Source: Candidatus Multivorans sp.
Lineage (GTDB): Bacteria; Acidobacteriota; Thermoanaerobaculia; Multivoradales; Multivoraceae
Direction: 5' to 3'
Length of the DNA: 64,000 bases
Assembly: GCA_965247095.1 (NCBI GenBank)
Contig: OZ251997.1
Span: forward strand, 4,553,210 to 4,617,209
Below, piece after piece: positions 42,342 to 52,005 of this stretch. The number at the start of each line of letters is the position of its first letter. Position 1 is the first letter of the stretch. The notes under the pieces are model-generated. The model searched no databases, was not told where the DNA came from, and saw only the letters and a list, made by a program, of their open reading frames with translations. The translations under genes were made by a program, and so were the position numbers.

Positions 42342-43589
42342 ATGACTGCGACTGAACGGCTCGGTGTCGAGTGGGAGGTGAGGCGGCTGGGCGATCATCT
42401 CAGGTTCCTTCGGCACGGGACCAACTCTCGCTCCGAGCTCACGGCCGACGGCGCTGTGCAGTACCTGCACTATGGGGATATTCACACCCACGCCAGCGCC
42501 TATCTCGACCTGGACGTCAGTTCGATGCCGTGTCTCCCGATTGAACGTGCCAGATCGTTGGACCTGCTTGACGACGGGGACCTAGTGTTCGTCGACGCAT
42601 CAGAAGATATCGAAGGCGTGGGGAAATCCGTCGAGATCAAGGGATTGCGAGATCGGCACGTTGTTTCCGGGTTGCACACCATTGCAATCAGATTCAACAG
42701 GTCCGTGCTCGCTGATGACTTCAAGGCATACCTACAGTACTGCCCAGAGTTTCTTCGTCACCTTCGACGGCTCGCGGCAGGCACCAAGGTCTATGCAACT
42801 AACCGCGCGCACATTGCGAGCGCAGAGCTACGCCTCCCTCCCGTCCCCGAACAACGCGCCATCGCCGCCGTTCTGGCCGACGTGGACGAACTGATCGGAT
42901 CGCTGGAGGCGCTGATCGCCAAGAAGCGGGCCATCAAGCAGGCCGCGATGCAGGAGCTGCTCACCGGGAGGACGCGGCTGCCGGGGTTCGGGGGGGAGTG
43001 GGAGAGGAGGCGGCTGGAAGACCTTGTGGACTGTCTCGATCATCTGCGTGTGCCGTTGAATGAGAGTCAACGGCGAGACATGCCGGGACCGTTTCCCTAT
43101 TGCGGCGCCAACGGTGTCGTCGATCACATTGCCGATTATCTGATTGACGATGACGTGATCCTCATCGCCGAGGACGGCGGTTACTTTGATGAGTATGAGG
43201 ATCGGGCCATCGCCTATCGTATGAAGGGGAAGATCTGGGTAAACAACCATGCCCATGTACTCAAGGCAAAGCGCGGATTCAGCCAGGGGTTTCTTCTTTG
43301 TGCGTTGGCGCACAAGAATATCCTTCGATTTCTGGCCAGTGGAACCCGTGCCAAGCTCAATCGCGGCGAGATGGACAAGATTGTCGTACTTCTCCCTCGA
43401 CATGAGGAAGAACAACAGGCCATCGCCACCGTCCTCTCCGACATGGACGCTGAGATCGCCGCGCTGGAGCACCGCCTCGACAAGACCCGCGCGATCAAGC
43501 AAGGTGTGATGCAGCAACTCCTCACCGGTTCCATTCGCTTGCCCATTCCCGATTACGAAGCGGAAGATGACGACGCCCATGCCGCCTGA
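42342..43589 (+). CDS. hsdS: Type I R-M specificity subunit
   Basis: Two TRDs, each followed by conserved EQ.AIA.VL.D.D..I..LE..K.RAIKQ..MQ.LLTG. Confidence 0.93.
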   Translation: MTATERLGVEWEVRRLGDHLRFLRHGTNSRSELTADGAVQYLHYGDIHTHASAYLDLDVSSMPCLPIERARSLDLLDDGDLVFVDASEDIEGVGKSVEIKGLRDRHVVSGLHTIAIRFNRSVLADDFKAYLQYCPEFLRHLRRLAAGTKVYATNRAHIASAELRLPPVPEQRAIAAVLADVDELIGSLEALIAKKRAIKQAAMQELLTGRTRLPGFGGEWERRRLEDLVDCLDHLRVPLNESQRRDMPGPFPYCGANGVVDHIADYLIDDDVILIAEDGGYFDEYEDRAIAYRMKGKIWVNNHAHVLKAKRGFSQGFLLCALAHKNILRFLASGTRAKLNRGEMDKIVVLLPRHEEEQQAIATVLSDMDAEIAALEHRLDKTRAIKQGVMQQLLTGSIRLPIPDYEAEDDDAHAA

Positions 43590-43716
43590 GTCACCAAGCG
43601 TCGAACGGAAGTCGGCCTGGCGCAAGGATCACCTGCACTGCGTCTGCGGACTCGCGAACGGCCGCGCCGGCGTTCTCGAGATCGGGCGGAACGACCGCGG
43701 CAGGGCCCGCCAATGA
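43579..43716 (+). pseudogene. AlbA_2/Schlafen-like domain N-terminal stub
   Basis: MPPESPSVERKSAWRKDHLHCVCGLANGRAGVLEIGRNDRG resembles ES..vE.K..W.....vcgfAN..GG.l.IG..D.G. Confidence 0.65.
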
Positions 43717-46700
43717 GCGCCGTCGGCGAACTCGAAGCCCGTACCCAGCGCCGGGTCATCGACTTCTTCCGGGAGCAGCTCGGCTACAGGTATCTGGGCA
43801 ACTGGCACGAGCGACCGCACAATCGGAACATCGAGGAGGACCTCCTCCGGCAGTTCCTCACCCGCCAGGAACACGAGCCGGCCATCATCGCCAAAGCGCT
43901 GGAGAAACTCGGCAAGGCCGCTGCTCTCGGCGGAAGCAAGACCCTCTACGACGCCAACCGCGAGGTGTACGGCCTCCTGCGCTACGGAGCGAACCTCAGC
44001 CCGGGGCTCGGCGAGCACACGGTCACCGTCAACCTGATCGATTGGGAGAACCCGGGCTCGAACGACTTCGCCATCGCCGAAGAGGTCACGGTCGAGGGGC
44101 ACCACACCAAGCGGCCCGACATCGTGCTCTACGTCAACGGGATCGCCATCGGCGTCCTTGAACTCAAGCGCTCGACCGTCTCCGTGGCCCAGGGCATCCG
44201 CCAGAACCTGGACAACCAGAAGAAGGACTTCATCCAGCCGTTCTTCACCACGGTGCAGCTCGTCATGGCGGGCAACGAGACCGAAGGATTGCGTTACGGC
44301 GTGATCGAGACAGCGGAGAAGTACTGGCTCCGCTGGAAGGAGGCCGACGCCCCAGACACCGACGCTCCGCTCCAAGCCGAGCTCGGATACCTCTGCACAC
44401 CCGCCCGCTTGCTCGAACTCCTGCACGACTTCGTGGTCTTCGACGCGGGCGTCAAGAAGATCTGCCGGCACAACCAGTACTTCGGCGTGAAGTCGGCACG
44501 GGCTTTTGTCCAGCGGCGCGAGGGCGGGATCATCTGGCACACCCAGGGCAGCGGCAAGAGCCTCACGATGGTGTGGCTGGCGAAGTGGATCCGTGAGCTC
44601 AAGGGCGTGGACGGCCGCGTGCTGATCGTCACCGACCGCACGGAACTCGACGAACAGATCGAGAAGGTCTTCAAGGGCGTGGACGAGGACATCTACAGGA
44701 CGAAAAGTGGGGCCGACCTCGCGGAAGTCCTTCGCGACCCGGCCAAGTCGCTGATCTGTTCGCTCGTCCACAAGTTCGGTAGCTCCGAGGACGGCAGCGT
44801 CGACCGGTACGTGAGAGACCTGCAGTCCAACATGTCAGGTGGTTTCCAGCCCGCCGGCGAGATCTTCGTCTTCGTGGACGAGTGTCACCGCACCCAATCG
44901 GGCAAGCTCCACCGGGCCATGAAGGCCATCCTCCCCGGCGCTACGCTCATCGGCTTCACGGGAACCCCGCTCCTCAGGGCCGACAAGCAGCGGAGCATCG
45001 AGACCTTCGGCCCGTACATCCACACCTACAAGTACGACGAGGCGGTTGGCGACAAGGTGGTGCTCGACCTCCGCTACGAAGCGCGGGACATTGACCAGGA
45101 CATCACGTCGGAGGCGAAGATCGACCAGTGGTTCGACGGCAAGACCAAGGGCCTCAGCGACCTGGCCCGAGCGCAGCTCAGGCAGAAATGGGGCACCATG
45201 CGCAAGGTCACGAGCTCGCTCGACCGGATCCGGAAGATCGTGGCCGACATGCTGATGGACATGGAGATGAAGGACCGCCTGCAGAGCGGCCGCGGCAACG
45301 CCATGCTCGTGTCCGGCAGCGTTTACGCCGCCTGCCGGTTCTTCGAGGCGTTCAGTGGGACCGGCCTGAAGGGCAGGTGCGCCATCGTCACTTCCTACGT
45401 TCCGGCGTCAAGCGACATCAAGGGAGAAGAGACGGGCGAGGGCCTGACCGAAAAGCTGCTCAAGTACGACGTCTACCGGAAGATGCTCGCGGACCACTTC
45501 GGCGAGCCCGAGGACAGGGCCATGCACAAGGCCGAGCAGTTCGAGCAGGAGGTCAAGCGCCGGTTCGTGAACGAGCCCGGCCAGATGAAGCTGCTCATCG
45601 TCGTCGACAAGCTGCTGACCGGCTTCGACGCACCGCCCGCGACCTATCTCTACATCGACAAGAGAATGCAGGATCACGGTCTCTTCCAGGCGATCTGCCG
45701 CGTCAACCGGTTGGACCGCGACGACAAGGAGTACGGCTACATCATCGACTACAAGGACCTGTTCCGGTCGCTGGAGGGCGCGATCAAGGACTACACGGGC
45801 GAAGCGTTCGAGGGATATGACCGCGAGGACGTGGAGGGGCTGCTGAAGGACCGGCTGGAGCAGGGGCGAGAGCGCCTGGAGGAGACCCGGGAAGCGGTCA
45901 AGGCGCTGTGCGAACCCGTCGAGCCACCGTACGACACGGACGCGTATCTGCGCTACTTTTGCCACGGCGGAGAGGGCGGCGCTGCCAACCAGTCCGGCCG
46001 GAATGAACGAAAACGTCTTACGCTGTACAGAATGGTGGCGGCATTCCTGCGCGCCTACGCCAACCTGGCCAACGAGATGACCGAGGCCGGTTACACGGAG
46101 TCCGAGCGGCTCGTCATCAGGGACGAAGTCAGCCACTACGAGAAGGTCCGCCAGGAGGTCAAGCTGGCCAGCGGCGACTATGTGGATCTGAAGGTGTTCG
46201 AGCCCGCCATGCGGCACCTGCTCGATACCTACATCCGGGCCGAGGACAGCGAGGTCGTGTCCGCGTTCAACGACATGACGCTCGTGGACCTGCTCGTGCG
46301 GGACGGGGTGGGAGCCATCGGCGAGCTTCCCGAGGGGATTCGGAGTAGCCAGGGCGCCGTCGCCGAGACCATCGAAAACAACGTCCGCCGCCTGATCGTC
46401 GACGAGATGGCCGTCAATCCGAAGTACTACGAGAAGATGTCGGCGGTGCTCGATGCGTTGATCAAGCAGCGCAAGGAAGAGGCGATCGAGTACGAGGCCT
46501 ATCTCAGGAAGGTGATCGAGCTCGCTGAGAAGGTGAAGAGCGGTGAGGGTGGCGCGTCGTATCCCGAGAGCATCAAGACAAAGGCGCTCCGCGCCATCTA
46601 CGACAACCTGTGGGAGGAGGTGCCGGCGACGACGTTGGCTGAGTCTGGCCCGGACGGAAGTTCTGAGGGCGACGCCGACCCGCGTGAGGCCGTGGCATTG

Positions 46701-46859
46701 GATGTCGACAATGCGGTCCGGGAGGCTCGAATGGACGGTTGGCGCGACAGCCCCATCAAGGAGAAGCGAATCCGGAGGGCAATCCGGGACGCACTCGGCC
46801 CCTTCCGCGAGCAGGTCAACACGCTGTTCCAGGTCGTGAGGAATCAGAGTGAGTACTAG
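43713..46859 (+). CDS. hsdR: Type I R-M restriction subunit
   Basis: RPDIVLYVNG..ELK, HTQGSGKS, DECHR, FTGTP, LLTGFDAP, QAICRVNR. Confidence 0.96.
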   Translation: MSAVGELEARTQRRVIDFFREQLGYRYLGNWHERPHNRNIEEDLLRQFLTRQEHEPAIIAKALEKLGKAAALGGSKTLYDANREVYGLLRYGANLSPGLGEHTVTVNLIDWENPGSNDFAIAEEVTVEGHHTKRPDIVLYVNGIAIGVLELKRSTVSVAQGIRQNLDNQKKDFIQPFFTTVQLVMAGNETEGLRYGVIETAEKYWLRWKEADAPDTDAPLQAELGYLCTPARLLELLHDFVVFDAGVKKICRHNQYFGVKSARAFVQRREGGIIWHTQGSGKSLTMVWLAKWIRELKGVDGRVLIVTDRTELDEQIEKVFKGVDEDIYRTKSGADLAEVLRDPAKSLICSLVHKFGSSEDGSVDRYVRDLQSNMSGGFQPAGEIFVFVDECHRTQSGKLHRAMKAILPGATLIGFTGTPLLRADKQRSIETFGPYIHTYKYDEAVGDKVVLDLRYEARDIDQDITSEAKIDQWFDGKTKGLSDLARAQLRQKWGTMRKVTSSLDRIRKIVADMLMDMEMKDRLQSGRGNAMLVSGSVYAACRFFEAFSGTGLKGRCAIVTSYVPASSDIKGEETGEGLTEKLLKYDVYRKMLADHFGEPEDRAMHKAEQFEQEVKRRFVNEPGQMKLLIVVDKLLTGFDAPPATYLYIDKRMQDHGLFQAICRVNRLDRDDKEYGYIIDYKDLFRSLEGAIKDYTGEAFEGYDREDVEGLLKDRLEQGRERLEETREAVKALCEPVEPPYDTDAYLRYFCHGGEGGAANQSGRNERKRLTLYRMVAAFLRAYANLANEMTEAGYTESERLVIRDEVSHYEKVRQEVKLASGDYVDLKVFEPAMRHLLDTYIRAEDSEVVSAFNDMTLVDLLVRDGVGAIGELPEGIRSSQGAVAETIENNVRRLIVDEMAVNPKYYEKMSAVLDALIKQRKEEAIEYEAYLRKVIELAEKVKSGEGGASYPESIKTKALRAIYDNLWEEVPATTLAESGPDGSSEGDADPREAVALDVDNAVREARMDGWRDSPIKEKRIRRAIRDALGPFREQVNTLFQVVRNQSEY

Positions 46860-47694
46860 CGGTACCTGCATTGAGATCCGCGGCGTCGAGGTGGAGGTCG
46901 TCCGCAAGGACATCAAGCACCTGCACCTCGGCGTCTATCCCCCGGAGGGAAGGGTCCGGGTCGCCGCTCCTCTACACCTCGACGACGACGCGGTACGGTT
47001 GGCGGTGATCTCCCGGTTGGCCTGGATTCGCCGGAAGCGGGCGGAGTTCGAGCGGCAGGATCGCCAGTCCCGGCGCGAGTATGTGACCGGCGAGAGCCAC
47101 TACTTCGAAGGGTGCCGCTACCGTCTGGACGTGGTCGTCTCGGGCGGCCGGAACGGGATTCGACTACGCGACAAGGCCTGGTTGGAAATGCGCGTAGGCC
47201 CCGGCACGGGCCGTGACGCCCGCGAAGCGATGCTCTACAGGTGGTACCGGCTCCAACTGCGAAGGCGCAGCCCGTCGCTGGTCGCCGAGTGGGAGACCAG
47301 GCTCGGCGTCCGTGTGGCGGAGTGGCGTCTCCGGCGCATGAAGACGCGGTGGGGCACGTGCAACTGTGAAGCCCGTCGCATTTGGCTCAATACCGAACTG
47401 GCCAAAAAGCCCATTCGTTGTCTGGAATACGTTGTCGTCCACGAGATGGTCCATCTGGTCGAACGGTCCCACAACGAGCGTTTCCGGGCCATTCTGGACC
47501 GCGTACTGCCCGGCTGGCGTCAACGTCTCGACGAATTGAACAGCGGACACTTGGCCGACGAGGGTTGGGAGGAGTGTCCGGCCTCCGGCGGGCGTCTCGT
47601 CGAGGTCTCCGCCGATCCGATGGAACCAAGTTCGGCATCTTTGAACTTGACCGAGGTCGCCACGGCGGAGTCAGCCGCGGCGGACGCTGAGTGA
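46849..47694 (+). CDS. M48/YgjP-like (DUF45) metallopeptidase domain protein
   Basis: MKTRWGTCN, YVVVHEMVHL..HNERF; common neighbour of hsdR. Confidence 0.9.
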   Translation: MSTSGTCIEIRGVEVEVVRKDIKHLHLGVYPPEGRVRVAAPLHLDDDAVRLAVISRLAWIRRKRAEFERQDRQSRREYVTGESHYFEGCRYRLDVVVSGGRNGIRLRDKAWLEMRVGPGTGRDAREAMLYRWYRLQLRRRSPSLVAEWETRLGVRVAEWRLRRMKTRWGTCNCEARRIWLNTELAKKPIRCLEYVVVHEMVHLVERSHNERFRAILDRVLPGWRQRLDELNSGHLADEGWEECPASGGRLVEVSADPMEPSSASLNLTEVATAESAAADAE

Positions 47695-48203
47695 GCAGCG
47701 GCGGCGAGACCGTCGGCGTCAACGGGATCGCGCACATCCAGTTGACGGTCCGTGACCCGGAGCGTTGCCTGCCGTTCTGGGAGCGGCTATGCAACTTCCT
47801 CGACATGCGCACGCTGATCCGCGGCGAGGACGTGCTGTACTGCATCGGCAGTCGCACCGGCATCCTGGTGCGGGCCGCGCCGGCGGACAAACGGGGCCGC
47901 GGGTTCGATCAGGACCGGCCTGGGCTCCACCACTTCTGCTTCCGGGCCAGGAGCCGCGCCGATGTCGACGCGATCTATCGCTTCATCGTGTCCGAACTCG
48001 ACGCCACGATCGTCCACGGCCCTAAGGAAGGCAGTCGCTTCGCACCAGGCTACTACTCGATCCTGGTTGAGGATCCGGACGGCATCCGGGTCGAAGTGAA
48101 CCACGTTCCGGGCAAGGGGCACTTCGGAGACGGCGGGCGTCTGGGACCCGGTGGGACCGGTCCCGCCAGTACCTACGGCGATCACGGGCTGGGCGACGCC
48201 TGA
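47691..48203 (+). CDS. VOC/glyoxalase family protein
   Basis: GIAHIQLTV.D, GLHHFCFRA, EDPDGIRVEV. Confidence 0.9.
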   Translation: MSSGGETVGVNGIAHIQLTVRDPERCLPFWERLCNFLDMRTLIRGEDVLYCIGSRTGILVRAAPADKRGRGFDQDRPGLHHFCFRARSRADVDAIYRFIVSELDATIVHGPKEGSRFAPGYYSILVEDPDGIRVEVNHVPGKGHFGDGGRLGPGGTGPASTYGDHGLGDA

Positions 48204-48260
48204 CGGGCGAGACGCCCGCATCTGGTCCCCTGGGAACGCGGGCGTCTCGCCCGCATCTGG
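48204..48260. repeat. Pair of REP-like palindromes between convergent genes
   Basis: cgggcgagacgcccgcatctgg then cctgggaacgcgggcgtctcgcccgcatctgg. Confidence 0.85.
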
Positions 48261-48291
48261 TCTGTGGCTGACTTCCTGGCCGCTTGGCTCT

Positions 48292-50004
48292 TCAGCCGTC
48301 GAGATCGACCACGTAGATCGTGTTCGCGGCGTCGCCGGCGACCCAGGCGCTCTCGCCGTCCGTCGCGATGCCGTTGAACAGCATCGTGTTGGGGAAGGCG
48401 CCGCTCGGCGGCACGTGCAATTCGAGCCCCTCGACGACGACCTGCGCCGCGCCGCTTGCCGGATCGATTGCAGTAACTCGCCCCGCGCCGGCTTCGACGA
48501 CGTAGATCGAGCCGTTGGCCGCCGCCAGCCCCTCCGGCTGCACGAGCCCGCTCGCCACTTCCTCGGCGCCGCCGTCGCCGATGCGTAGCAGGGTGCCGGC
48601 GAGGTTGTCGGTGACGTAGAGGCTGCCGTCCAACTCCGTCAGACCGGCCGGCCCCTCAAGACCGTCTGCGAGAACCCGCTGTTCGTCCGGGCTTTCGGGC
48701 GAGAACGCGATCACGTTGCCGGTGCCCCACTGGCTGGCGACGATGTCGCCTTGGAACTGCAACGCGTCGACGGGCGCGGACAGACCGGGGAAGGTCTGGA
48801 TTAGCGCGCCGCCGGCCGCGTCCCAGAGCCGCACCGCGTTGTCGAACCAGCTCGAGAGCACGAGGCGGCCGTCGTCCATGGCATGGACCGACATCGACGT
48901 GCCGATGGCTGAGAAACCGATCACGTCGCGCACCACGTCAAGCTCCTCACCGGTCTGCGGGTCAAGCTGCCGCAATGCGAAGAAATCGGCGACAACCAGG
49001 CGGGTCGCGTCGCCGCTCCCGATCAGCGCCAAGCCGCCGGGCATGTTCAGCCCGCCCTCGAGCACGACCCGGTTTTCCTCCGGCGACAGCGCCTCGACGA
49101 TGAAGCCGTCGGCGAAGCTGGAGATGAACAGCCGGTCCGAGGCGTCGAAAGCGAAGTTGTCGAGCCCGGGCTGGACACGCGCGACGACGTCCTTGCTGCC
49201 GTCCTCACCGACGCGGACCACCTCGCCGCGGAGCGCGTCGAGCACGTGGAGCACGCCGGCGCCGTTGAACTTGACCGCCGCCGGCACGCCGAAGCCGCTG
49301 GCCACGGTTTCCATCTCGCCGCTGTCGACGTCGACGCGCACGACCTCGCCGCGGAACCAGCGCGGGCCGTAGAGCTTGCCGTCGGCGGCGCCCCAGTCCA
49401 TGCCGTTCAGGCCGCAGCCGGGGCCGAGGTCGTCGCGGATGAGTCGTGGCGCCGCTTCGCCCGCCGGGTCGAGCTCGAACAGACGGGTGTCCATGAAGCA
49501 CTGGGAGACGAATAGCCTGCCGTCGTCCGAGAAGGTGATCGGGTTGACGCCGGCCCCCGGGGCGGCGATCACCCGGGTTTCGCCGTCGGGGGTGCGCATG
49601 GCGACCTCGCCGTTGCTGATGTCCGTCCAATACAGCGAGCCGTCGGGGCCGAAGGCAAGGTCGTCGGGCGACTTGGGGCCGTCGCCGAGGCCCCAGTTAT
49701 CGAGGATCTCGCCGCTTTCCGGATCGAGACGCGCCACGGCCGGGGTCACGACGGAGGCCAGGTACAGATCGCCGTCGGGGCCGAAGAGGATGCCGTTGAT
49801 GCCGCGGAAACTGGCGCTCTCACCGATGGTTCGGACTCCTCCCATGTCCGCTTCCGGAACGTCTGCGTCCGGAGAGCTGCAGGCCGCGGTCAGAACGGTG
49901 AGGCAGAGGGTGGCGCAGCACAGCGCGGCGCGTCGTTCCTTCGTAGCGAAGGCCACTCGTGGTACTCCGCCGGCAGCCGGCGGGTGATTCATCGCTTCGA
50001 ACAT
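48292..50004 (-). CDS. Beta-propeller lipoprotein (SMP-30/gluconolactonase-like)
   Basis: LTAAC lipobox; repeated FGPDG.LY and PDDLAFGPDG blades; start uncertain. Confidence 0.75.
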   Translation of the reverse strand: MFEAMNHPPAAGGVPRVAFATKERRAALCCATLCLTVLTAACSSPDADVPEADMGGVRTIGESASFRGINGILFGPDGDLYLASVVTPAVARLDPESGEILDNWGLGDGPKSPDDLAFGPDGSLYWTDISNGEVAMRTPDGETRVIAAPGAGVNPITFSDDGRLFVSQCFMDTRLFELDPAGEAAPRLIRDDLGPGCGLNGMDWGAADGKLYGPRWFRGEVVRVDVDSGEMETVASGFGVPAAVKFNGAGVLHVLDALRGEVVRVGEDGSKDVVARVQPGLDNFAFDASDRLFISSFADGFIVEALSPEENRVVLEGGLNMPGGLALIGSGDATRLVVADFFALRQLDPQTGEELDVVRDVIGFSAIGTSMSVHAMDDGRLVLSSWFDNAVRLWDAAGGALIQTFPGLSAPVDALQFQGDIVASQWGTGNVIAFSPESPDEQRVLADGLEGPAGLTELDGSLYVTDNLAGTLLRIGDGGAEEVASGLVQPEGLAAANGSIYVVEAGAGRVTAIDPASGAAQVVVEGLELHVPPSGAFPNTMLFNGIATDGESAWVAGDAANTIYVVDLDG

Positions 50005-50013
50005 CGTCGCTCC

Positions 50014-51405
50014 TCAGTCAAGTAGTCGCGCAAGGACCACGTACCGGATCACGAACCCCGCCATGACCAGTTCGAACAGGAAGATGGCCCAGACGGCGGT
50101 ACGTATTCCCATGCCCGGGCGAATGCGCGGGTCCATCCGGTGTTTCTGGAACCAGAGCACGGCGCCGCTCTGGATCGGCAGCAGCATCCCGATGACCAGC
50201 GAACTGATCGTGACCAGCAGCACCGGGTTCGGTATCGCCACGTAGACGGCGAACGCGAAGACCGGGATCCCCGTGCAGTAGGCGCGGATCCAGGACGTGC
50301 GGGCGGTCAGGTTCCGCCGCCGCAGGTAGCCCAGCTCCATGATGTAGTCGGGGATGTAGCGGGCGCCGCCGGCGATGGCCGAGAGCATGGTCGAGAACAG
50401 GATGCAGAAGGCGCCGACACCGAACAGCCACAGGGACCAGGGTCCCAGGGTCTGGGTGAACATCTCGGACAGCACAGAGATCGTCTCGAGGCCCTCCGGC
50501 TCCATGCCCCTAGCGCGCAGAACGCCGGCGCCGAGGATGTAGAAGGGCAGCGTGGCGCAGGTCAGAATCACGAGGGTGACCCAGACATCGGTCTGCATGA
50601 CCTTGATCCACCCTTTGGCGCGCGCCTCCCATCCCGGAGCGTCGGGGCGTCCGACGAAGTTCGGATAGCCCTTCTCGACACACCAGTACTGGTAGGCCGA
50701 AGTCTCCGAAGAGTTCACTCCGGTGTAGCCGTAGACGGCGAGAGCGGCGATGAAGTACTCGGCCGGGAAATCGAAGGTGAAGCCCGAGGCGAGGTCCGCG
50801 CGCGTGACGGCGAACTCGGTGAACTGCATCAGGATGGCGCACACCAGAGTGGCGCCGGTGAAGGTCATCACCAGCACCAGCATCACGCCTTCCAGCAGCT
50901 TGTACGAGCCGGTCACCAGCAGGGCTACCGTGCCGACGGCGAGCACACCGGCGGCCCAGGTGGACGGTATCTGCGGCGCCAGCAGAGTGAGCGCCTGGCC
51001 GGCGCCGCCGATGATCCCTCCGAGACCCAGAAGTCCCGGCGCCAGGGCGATCAGGGCGATCGCCACCGGGAAGCTGATATGGCCGCGTCCGATCGGGATG
51101 CGGCCGGGAAGCCGGTTCATCGCCCGCACGTACGTGTCGCCGGAAACCAGGGTGTAGCGGGCGAGTTCCGCCTGGATCAGCGACTTGATCCAGCAGGAAA
51201 GGAGGACCCACCACAACAGGACGAAGCCGGCGGAGGCGCCCAGGCCTGAGGTGAGGATGATCTCGCCCGAGCCGACGATCGAGCCGGAAATGACGACGCT
51301 GGGACCGAGGTAGCGCAGTCGGCTGCGCCAGTTGGTCGGCGGCGGAACGGCACCGCCCTCGCGGACGGTGTATGGGTCGCTCCGCGGAATGGGGGAGTCG
51401 CTCAT
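50014..51405 (-). CDS. Nramp-family-like transporter
   Basis: LGPSVVISGSIVGSGE, YQYWCVEKGY, many TM helices. Confidence 0.8.
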   Translation of the reverse strand: MSDSPIPRSDPYTVREGGAVPPPTNWRSRLRYLGPSVVISGSIVGSGEIILTSGLGASAGFVLLWWVLLSCWIKSLIQAELARYTLVSGDTYVRAMNRLPGRIPIGRGHISFPVAIALIALAPGLLGLGGIIGGAGQALTLLAPQIPSTWAAGVLAVGTVALLVTGSYKLLEGVMLVLVMTFTGATLVCAILMQFTEFAVTRADLASGFTFDFPAEYFIAALAVYGYTGVNSSETSAYQYWCVEKGYPNFVGRPDAPGWEARAKGWIKVMQTDVWVTLVILTCATLPFYILGAGVLRARGMEPEGLETISVLSEMFTQTLGPWSLWLFGVGAFCILFSTMLSAIAGGARYIPDYIMELGYLRRRNLTARTSWIRAYCTGIPVFAFAVYVAIPNPVLLVTISSLVIGMLLPIQSGAVLWFQKHRMDPRIRPGMGIRTAVWAIFLFELVMAGFVIRYVVLARLLD

Positions 51406-51540
51406 CGAGATGTCGGAGGGAACCGGGACTCTACACCGGCGCGGCTGGCGGCCGGCGGCCGGCTGACTGGTACTCTCAGCGTCCGAGCCGGCACTGGCGC
51501 CGGCATTCTGCAGGAACGGAGCGCAGGCCCGGAGACGAGA

Positions 51541-51984
51541 ATGATGAGGGATGGACATCGCTTTCGTGGGACCGTAGGACTCGGCTTTGCCGTACTGGCC
51601 TTGACGCTCGCGGCCGCGGCCTTCGCGCACCTCAAGGCGCTCAACACCAGTCCGGAGGATGGTGCAACCCTGAGCGGTCCTGTACGCACGCTCCGGGTCT
51701 TCTTCAACCAGGAACCGGACGTGCCGCTGAGCAAGCTCGAACTCGAAGGGCCGCAGGGCCCGCTGAGAGTCGAGGGTCTGCACACGATGGGCGAGAAGGA
51801 CCTGATGGCCAGGGTTTCGGGTCGCATGCCCGACGGCGCCTACACCGCCCGCTGGCAGACGACCGGCGACGACGGGCACGTCCTCAAGGGCGAGTGGACG
51901 TTCACGATTGCCAGGGAGGTTCGAGCTGTCGAGCCTGCCCTTGCGCCGCGTGAGTTCGCACGCATTGACCGCGGCGGTCGCTGA
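51541..51984 (+). CDS. copC: Copper resistance protein CopC
   Basis: Signal AFA then His1 (HLKAL..SP.DG); DGH copper motif. Confidence 0.88.
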   Translation: MMRDGHRFRGTVGLGFAVLALTLAAAAFAHLKALNTSPEDGATLSGPVRTLRVFFNQEPDVPLSKLELEGPQGPLRVEGLHTMGEKDLMARVSGRMPDGAYTARWQTTGDDGHVLKGEWTFTIAREVRAVEPALAPREFARIDRGGR

Positions 51985-52005
51985 CCTGCTGACCCGGTAC
52001 CGGCA

